This document shows positions 57,915 through 64,000 of a stretch of DNA of 64,000 nt, one piece after another. A program made the translations under genes and the position numbers. Location of the stretch: contig CANSHD010000001.1 in NCBI GenBank assembly GCA_947646585.1, forward strand, positions 45,291 through 109,290, read 5' to 3'. Within the stretch, counting starts at the first letter, position 1. Every line of letters starts with the position of its first letter. This DNA comes from an uncultured Alphaproteobacteria bacterium (lineage in GTDB: Bacteria > Pseudomonadota > Alphaproteobacteria > Rs-D84). The notes below the pieces were generated by a model. The model was not told where the DNA came from and ran no database searches. It saw nothing but the letters and a program-made list of their open reading frames with translations.

Positions 57915-58349
57915 TTATTTCACATTCAGACGCCGCGCGCGGTCCAAAACAAACAGCCCCGGCGGCAAGGCAAAAAACAGCTGCAATATTAAGGCCGCCG
58001 CATAATTGCGCGGCGCGGCCATTATGTACTGGTGCGCGGTAATAACCGTACCCGATTCGATAATCGGCGCCACGAACGTCAGCGTGCCCGCCATTATCGC
58101 AACGCGTATAAACGGCATCGCGCGGCCGATATTGTGTTTTCTGACAAAGCGCGTAACCATCGGCCCCACGACAAAAAAGTCATACGTAAACGCGACGGCA
58201 AACATCAGCGGCACCACAACGGCAAAATGCCCCCATGTCAGCGCACCGTAAATCCACAGGTTCAGCGTCACCATACCGACAACCATCAAAGCCGCGTTCG
58301 GCACGGATGCAATCACCGCCTCTTTCAAATTTTGTGGAAACTTGTTCAT
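57915..58349 (-). CDS. Small membrane protein (DUF2798-like)
   Basis: MNKFPQN..E start, 4 TMs, RNY..AL..Q motif. Confidence 0.6.
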   Translation of the reverse strand: MNKFPQNLKEAVIASVPNAALMVVGMVTLNLWIYGALTWGHFAVVVPLMFAVAFTYDFFVVGPMVTRFVRKHNIGRAMPFIRVAIMAGTLTFVAPIIESGTVITAHQYIMAAPRNYAAALILQLFFALPPGLFVLDRARRLNVK

Positions 58350-58363
58350 TTTTTATACCCCTT

Positions 58364-58411
58364 AAAAAAACACGCGCGGTGCAACTGGACTTATGTGCAT
58401 GCACCGCGCGT
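58364..58411 (-). terminator. Intrinsic terminator within the 5' leader of 57915..58349
   Basis: 12-bp stem ACGCGCGGTGCA/TGCACCGCGCGT followed by T7, between promoter TTGCGG-17-TATAAT (58443-58471) and the RBS. Confidence 0.65.
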
Positions 58412-58555
58412 TGTATTTGTTTTCGTTAAAAATCCGGCGGGCATTATAATTTTTTTGCCGCCGCGCCGCAAGAGAAAAAACAAACCGCGGCCATCGCGCG
58501 GTTTGTTTTGGAAACACCGACAACCCTGCCGCGGGGCCCCGCGGCAAGACCGTCG

Positions 58556-59158
58556 TTAGAACATAAAGCGAATACCCAAATCGCCGCCAAAGTTGTGCAG
58601 GCCGGACGCGATGTCAACATAGGTATAGCGCGCGGCCAAATCAACGGCCAGGCGCTGCCAGTCGAATGTTACACCCAGTGTACCCATGGCTGCAACGCGG
58701 GTTTTGTCATCGCTGGATTTGCCGTAACCCTCGATATGCTTGTCCAGTTTGGTGAACGCGGCACCAACGCCGGCACCGACGAACGGGCGAACGATTTCAT
58801 ATGAACCGAATTCCATATAAGAATTCCACAGCAACGTCTGCATCTTGGTTTCAACCTTTACTCTCTGGTCGCCGTAATGCTTGGTATCCTTTACTTTGCT
58901 GAATATGGACCATTCGATTTCGCTGCGGACAGTGTCACAAATTTCCAAACCCAACGCTGCACGCCCCTGAAATTCATGATCCTGGATGGACTTTTTGTGG
59001 CCGTTGTGCTTTACGTTAACATTTGTATAGCCCATACCGCCGCGCAGGCCGATATACGGGTCCAGCCCGAACAATTGCCAGCTACTGTTCTGATTCGGCC
59101 CCGCAAATGCCGGGCATGCAATCAGCACCGCCAATGTCGAGATAACTATTTTTTTCAT
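58556..59158 (-). CDS. Outer-membrane beta-barrel protein
   Basis: Signal peptide (AFA), RSEIE, PFVGAGVG, C-terminal GIRFMF. Confidence 0.82.
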   Translation of the reverse strand: MKKIVISTLAVLIACPAFAGPNQNSSWQLFGLDPYIGLRGGMGYTNVNVKHNGHKKSIQDHEFQGRAALGLEICDTVRSEIEWSIFSKVKDTKHYGDQRVKVETKMQTLLWNSYMEFGSYEIVRPFVGAGVGAAFTKLDKHIEGYGKSSDDKTRVAAMGTLGVTFDWQRLAVDLAARYTYVDIASGLHNFGGDLGIRFMF

Positions 59159-59341
59159 TTTTTCTCCTTTTTTAGTTGTGGTTGTGTTCTTTGTGTTTTT
59201 CATGTCAACGATATAATTCTAGCAAAGCATTTTAAAACTTTGCATAGGTAAGGATTCCCGTGCCCGGTGCATATGCGGGGGTTTCATGCCTATGGCGACG
59301 CTGTGCGCGCAAATATAAAATAAGCACAGCAGGAGGACGCC

Positions 59342-60235
59342 ATGAAAACAAACACAACAAACAAAAATCCGCAGACAAAATATTATCACGAAAAATACCC
59401 GCGCCAGCGCCAGGCATATCCGGGTCTGGAATCAAAAATGCACCCCCTGCCCGATTGTGGTGAAGACACATATACCGGCACGGGCAGACTGGCGGGACGG
59501 CGCGCACTTATCACAGGCGGCGATTCGGGTATCGGACGCGCGGTGGCAATCGCATACGCCCGCGAGGGGGCGGACGTTGCAATATCATACCTGCCGGCCG
59601 AGGAAAGCGACGCACGTCAAACCGCGCAATATATAAAAGATGCGGGCCGGCGCGCGGTACTGATACCGGGCGACATCGGGGACGAAAAATTTTGCGAGCG
59701 CCTGGTCGCCCGCGCGCACAAGGCGCTGGGGGGACTGGACATAATAGTAATGAACGCGGGCATGCAGCAATACAGCAAGGACATCACAAAACTTGGCACG
59801 CCCCAGCTGGTAAAAACATTTGCGGTAAACGTATTTTCAATGTTTTGGATGGCGCGTTCGGCGCTGCCGCTGCTGCGGCCCGGCGCCACGATTATAACAA
59901 CGTCATCTATTCAGGCGTACCAGCCCGGCAAGGACCTGCTTGACTATGCAGCTACAAAAGGCGCAATCGTTGCATTCACACGCGCCCTGGCCAAACAGGT
60001 GGCGCACCGCGGAATACGCGTAAATTCCGTGGCGCCCGGCCCCATCTGGACCGCCCTGCAGGTGGCCGGCGGACGCGCCCAGGATACGATACCCCAATTC
60101 GGCATGGATACGCCGATGAGCCGCGCCGGCCAGCCGGCCGAACTTGCCGGCGTCTATGTGCACCTGGCATCGGACGAATCGTCATATACGACCGCCGAAG
60201 TCTATGGTGTCACAGGCGGAAATCATACGATGTAA
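59342..60235 (+). CDS. SDR oxidoreductase (YghA-like)
   Basis: [30 protein letters not shown] motifs. Confidence 0.92.
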   Translation: MKTNTTNKNPQTKYYHEKYPRQRQAYPGLESKMHPLPDCGEDTYTGTGRLAGRRALITGGDSGIGRAVAIAYAREGADVAISYLPAEESDARQTAQYIKDAGRRAVLIPGDIGDEKFCERLVARAHKALGGLDIIVMNAGMQQYSKDITKLGTPQLVKTFAVNVFSMFWMARSALPLLRPGATIITTSSIQAYQPGKDLLDYAATKGAIVAFTRALAKQVAHRGIRVNSVAPGPIWTALQVAGGRAQDTIPQFGMDTPMSRAGQPAELAGVYVHLASDESSYTTAEVYGVTGGNHTM

Positions 60236-60309
60236 AAAGACACAATAATTTCTTGCAAATATGATAAAAAGATATATAATTCGCGGGTATTCGGAATGAA
60301 TGACCCATC

Positions 60310-60385
60310 GGGTGCGTAGCTCAGTTGGTAGAGCAACTGACTCTTAATCAGTGGGTCCAGGGTTCGAGTCCCTGCGCGCCCACCA
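60310..60385 (+). tRNA. tRNA-Lys (CTT)
   Basis: GGGTGCGTAGCTCAGTTGGTAGAGC...CTCTTAA...GGTTCGAGTCC...CCCACCA, 76 nt. Confidence 0.97.
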
Positions 60386-60633
60386 ATAAATTAAACGACC
60401 TTTGTGGTCGTTTTATTTCTTGCATACGGCAAGCCGGACGAGAACCCCAAAAGGTTTCGTCTGCGGAGTTGGCATGAACGAACCTCGTGAAGTTCATGCC
60501 TTACGAGCGGAAAGGGGCCCGCCGCCACACGGCGGCGGGAATTACAGTCCCTGCCACCAAAATATAAACCGTCATTGCGACGGTTTTTGTTTTGCCGTTG
60601 TTACCAAAATAAAATCGCCGCAGAACGGCGATT

Positions 60634-62112
60634 TTATTTCTTCAAATACTGCGACGGGTTGTATGCCTTGGTCCCCTTGCGGATTTCAAAGTGCAGTTGT
60701 GGCCGGTCAACCTTGCCGCTGGCGCCGACGGTGCCGATTTTCTGGCCGACATTCACGCGCGCCCCGCGCCGCAGCGCCATTGAATCCAGGTGCGCATAAA
60801 CCGTCATCCAACCGCCGGAGTGCTGAATTATTATAAGGTTGCCCATGCCCTTGACCTCGTTCCCGGCATATGCGACGACGCCGTTTTCCGCCGCCTTGAC
60901 CGTGGTGCCGCGCGATGCGGCGATATTGATTCCGTCGTTAACCAAACCATTGGGCTTGGCACCGAATGCGGACAAAATCTTGCCGCGAACCGGCCACGAG
61001 AATTTCGAGGACGAGCGCGCCGCAATCACCGGCAATTTCTGCTTCGGGTTGGACGATATCTTTGCCTTTGGCGCGGCGGCGGTCTTTTGCGACTGCGCCG
61101 GCGCCTGCTTTTGCGGCTCCTTTTTCAGATTGTTTTTTGCCGCCGCATCGGATTTTACCGGTGTCGCGTTGCGGGCGGGCTCCGCCTTTTTGGGAGTGCC
61201 GTATTCGGACGCCGCCGACGACGCGGATGCGGGCGCCGCCTGCGCCTTGGCCGCGGCCGCCGCCTGCAGATTCGGCACACGCAGTTTCTGTCCCACCGTC
61301 AGACGGAACGGCGCCACCAAATCGTTCATTACCGCCAAGTCGTTAACCGGAACGGAATACTTTCGCGAAATGGAATACAATGTATCCCCCGCCCCGACTG
61401 TCACCGTCTGCAACTGAACGCGCGCCGGCGTCGGCGGTGTCGCACTGCGGGCGGGCGCGGGCGTTTCCGTTTTGGGCGCCGCGGCCGACGGCTGACGTGC
61501 GGCCGCGTCAACAGATGCCGCGGACGCCACGATATCACCGTTGCCCGGCACACGCAGGGTCTGTCCCACACGCAATGAATACGGCGCCGACATGTTGTTC
61601 ATTTTGGCGACCTCTTCAACCGTGGCGCCATAACGCCGCGCGATGGTGTACAAGGTATCGCCGGCCACAACCTTTATCTGATGCGAATCCCGGGCACCGC
61701 CATACATCGGCACAACCAGATATTCATCCGGCGTCTCGGCCACCTCTGGCGTCGGCCCATCATCCGGTGCGGAATACCGGGCGACAATCCGGGCCTCTTC
61801 CGGCGCCGCGGTTGCGGCGGGCGCATCGGCGGCCTGGGCCGGGAACATATAGTCGTTTATGTCGGCATACATAATATAATCGTCGCTTTCCACGGAACCG
61901 TACAATTCGGGCGACGCATAAACACCATAGTCCGACGCGGCCGAGTTATAAATTTCAGGCTGCGTTTCAGGGTCGGCCAACAATGCGGGATATCGGTCTG
62001 AAATAAAATCGCCCACCGAATCCGGCAACGACACGATTCTGGGCTGCAAATCACATGCGGCGACCAATGCGACGCATGCGCTTAGCATCAAAAATCCACA
62101 GATTTTTTTCAC
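60634..62112 (-). CDS. LysM/M23 lipoprotein (NlpD-like)
   Basis: Lipobox, two LysM domains (GDTLY.I), WPVRG, NDGINI, YAHL, LHFEIR. Confidence 0.9.
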   Translation of the reverse strand: MKKICGFLMLSACVALVAACDLQPRIVSLPDSVGDFISDRYPALLADPETQPEIYNSAASDYGVYASPELYGSVESDDYIMYADINDYMFPAQAADAPAATAAPEEARIVARYSAPDDGPTPEVAETPDEYLVVPMYGGARDSHQIKVVAGDTLYTIARRYGATVEEVAKMNNMSAPYSLRVGQTLRVPGNGDIVASAASVDAAARQPSAAAPKTETPAPARSATPPTPARVQLQTVTVGAGDTLYSISRKYSVPVNDLAVMNDLVAPFRLTVGQKLRVPNLQAAAAAKAQAAPASASSAASEYGTPKKAEPARNATPVKSDAAAKNNLKKEPQKQAPAQSQKTAAAPKAKISSNPKQKLPVIAARSSSKFSWPVRGKILSAFGAKPNGLVNDGINIAASRGTTVKAAENGVVAYAGNEVKGMGNLIIIQHSGGWMTVYAHLDSMALRRGARVNVGQKIGTVGASGKVDRPQLHFEIRKGTKAYNPSQYLKK

Positions 62113-62153
62113 ACCGAAATTATATCACAAAAATAACTGTAAACAAAATCTAA

Positions 62154-62858
62154 TCAGTCGCGGCGCATAAACAAAAGACTTATTTCAAACAACGCCCACA
62201 TCGGAACGGCCAAAACGACCTGGGACACGATATCGGGCGGCGTTAAAACCGCGGCGGTGGCGACGATGATGACAATGGCATACCGGCGCATGCGCACGGC
62301 CACACTGCAGCGCAGCACACCGACACGGTTCAGCAGCACCAGCACCAGCGGCAGCTGAAACGCAACGCCGAACACCTTTAACAACCCGATTGCAAACGCC
62401 AGATATTCGCGCGCCGCCGGCATCAGCACACTGGGCACCGGCGCCGCCTGGTTCAAATCGACAAAGAATTTAAACGCAATCGGAAACAGGATATAAAAAG
62501 CAAACGCGGCGCCCCCCAAAAACAAAACCGGCGACAGGACCATTATCGGCCAAATAATTTTTTTTTCATTCGCCCGCAGTCCCGGCGCCACAAACGCCCA
62601 CAAATGCCACAGCGCCGCCGGCGCCGCCACCATCAGCGCCACGCCCGTCGCCAAAGAAAACTGTATCATCAATCCGTCTGCCAACCCCGTGTACAGCATG
62701 GTTCCGTTCGGCCAGACGGCCATTAAAGGCCGCGTCAAAAAAGCCTGCAGCGTGGGCGCGCAAAACCAGCCCAGCGCGAACCCGGCGACAAAAATCAACG
62801 CAACCCACAAAATGCGCCGACGCAGCTCAGCAAAATGTTGAACCAGTGTCATTTTCAT
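62154..62858 (-). CDS. tatC: Twin-arginine translocase TatC
   Basis: HFAELRRR, FVAPGL, FG..FQLP, LTPPD..SQ. Confidence 0.95.
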   Translation of the reverse strand: MKMTLVQHFAELRRRILWVALIFVAGFALGWFCAPTLQAFLTRPLMAVWPNGTMLYTGLADGLMIQFSLATGVALMVAAPAALWHLWAFVAPGLRANEKKIIWPIMVLSPVLFLGGAAFAFYILFPIAFKFFVDLNQAAPVPSVLMPAAREYLAFAIGLLKVFGVAFQLPLVLVLLNRVGVLRCSVAVRMRRYAIVIIVATAAVLTPPDIVSQVVLAVPMWALFEISLLFMRRD

Positions 62859-63151
62859 TTTTTGCGTTTCCCCGCCCCCGTCTTTTTCTTCTGCGCTTTT
62901 TTCCTTATCGGCACGGAAAATTCATTCAGAACGTCGCGCGCCGTATCGCCGACAATGTCGTTAATCGGCGCCTCCAGGTCCAGGCGGTCTTTTATCTGTT
63001 CCGACGCGTCCGTTATTTTCCATATGACCGAGCGAATCATTTTAACCGCGCGCGCCAGCGCACGCGCCACATCCGGCCAGCTGCGCGCTGGAATAACCAC
63101 GACGGCCACCAATAAAATTACTGTAAATTCGGCCCAGCTTATCCCGAACAT
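62855..63151 (-). CDS. tatB: Twin-arginine translocase TatB-like
   Basis: MFGISWAE TM plus amphipathic helix; overlaps the tatC start. Confidence 0.8.
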   Translation of the reverse strand: MFGISWAEFTVILLVAVVVIPARSWPDVARALARAVKMIRSVIWKITDASEQIKDRLDLEAPINDIVGDTARDVLNEFSVPIRKKAQKKKTGAGKRKK

Positions 63152-63160
63152 CGCACGCCC

Positions 63161-63775
63161 TTAATCGTAAAACGCGTCACCGCCGCCGGTACCGACCGTC
63201 TTGTGGCGCTGAATCTGAAAATAATCCTTGCCGAAATTGGTCTTGGTTTTCATATTTTGAAACGCAACCTCTGTCTTGGCGCCGGTCGCATCGACAACCG
63301 TCCATGAATTTAAGGCAACCGGGCTGTTATCAAACACAACCGTCATATGCCCCAGCCCTTCCTGGCCGCGCATGTTCATCTTTAAAGAAAACGTATCCTT
63401 GCCCTGGGCGGTTTCCGTCACAACAATGTCGGCATTGTGCAGGTCTATGTTCTTGCGCACCAAAATGCCGGCCGGCGTACTGGTCAGCGGCACCGTCGTA
63501 ATCTGGTCCAAAGACTTGTCAAAAAAATACAGGTCCTTGCCGTCGGCAATCATCTGAACGGGCATGCTGTCATAGTCCAGGCGCACGCGCCCGGGGCGCA
63601 GCATTGAAAACGTGCCCTTGTCCCTGCGGCCGGCGGCCGTCTGGACAAAACCGCCCGACAATCCCGTCACGGAATTGAGATATTTTTCCGCACGCTGAAC
63701 CAGCGCCTTGTCCGGCGCGCCGTATGCCGCGCCGCAGACCATGCACACCGCAAAAACAAAAATTTTTTTAAACAT
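63161..63775 (-). CDS. lolA: Outer-membrane lipoprotein carrier LolA
   Basis: F.Q, G.F...RPG..R.DY, IADG, TP..IL motifs. Confidence 0.85.
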   Translation of the reverse strand: MFKKIFVFAVCMVCGAAYGAPDKALVQRAEKYLNSVTGLSGGFVQTAAGRRDKGTFSMLRPGRVRLDYDSMPVQMIADGKDLYFFDKSLDQITTVPLTSTPAGILVRKNIDLHNADIVVTETAQGKDTFSLKMNMRGQEGLGHMTVVFDNSPVALNSWTVVDATGAKTEVAFQNMKTKTNFGKDYFQIQRHKTVGTGGGDAFYD

Positions 63776-63776
63776 T

Positions 63777-64000
63777 TCACGCCCCCCTGAACAGTTCGAC
63801 AACCCTGTCATGAACATTTTCCAGCGAATCGCGCAGCACCGCGCCCGCCGCGAACATATGACCGCCGCCGCCCAGCGCCTCTGCAATATGATTCACCGGC
63901 TTTGTGCGCCCGCGCAGCGACACGCCTATCTGATTTTCCTTTTGCTGTTTCAGCAATGCAATGTATTCCACGCCCTTTATGCGCGCCAATATGTCCAGCA
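63777..64000 (-). CDS. DHH/DHHA1 phosphoesterase, C-terminal part (gene continues beyond the window)
   Basis: VSLRG, GGGGH..AAG DHHA1 motif. Confidence 0.8.
   Translation of the reverse strand, partial: LDILARIKGVEYIALLKQQKENQIGVSLRGRTKPVNHIAEALGGGGHMFAAGAVLRDSLENVHDRVVELFRGA

Noticed and set aside
1-64000. A local recombinase or transposase for the invertible segments
   Set aside because: No ORF with tyrosine (R..HxxR..Y) or serine recombinase motifs was recognised; any such enzyme must act in trans, so the inversion model remains unproven from this window alone

Overview
A 64-kb chromosomal window from an alphaproteobacterium. The gene set and order (tolB, pal, ftsEX, parE, plsY-dprA, gatCAB, tatBC, lolA) suggest a divergent, probably host-associated uncultured lineage; this is inference, not a database result. 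Housekeeping genes (dnaA, dnaN, dnaJ, uvrC, parE, efp, ppa, fba, sufB/C, gatCAB, miaB, rpsT, tRNA-Phe, tRNA-Lys) are interspersed with secreted cysteine-rich and fibrous surface-protein genes. These genes appear to be controlled by two undescribed layers. (1) Three tiny (about 80-110 bp) putative invertible DNA segments share a tyrosine-recombinase-like site (GCCTAAWWAAAN-NNNNCG-WTT). One carries the RBS, start codon and signal-peptide n-region of a roughly 920-aa Cys-rich gene, currently in the wrong (OFF) orientation; flipping it rebuilds an in-frame signal peptide. One carries a single promoter between two divergent paralogues with near-identical C-termini (A/B switch). One carries a promoter pointing away from a Cys-rich gene (ON/OFF switch). 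(2) Three other Cys-rich genes share a covarying 5' leader RNA with a terminator/antiterminator and locus-specific two-box complementarity, reminiscent of phage P1 C4 / P4 CI antisense control. No recombinase gene lies in the window. Also present: a CdaA diadenylate cyclase, scattered type IVb pilus genes, and a SodC-like lipoprotein lacking metal ligands.
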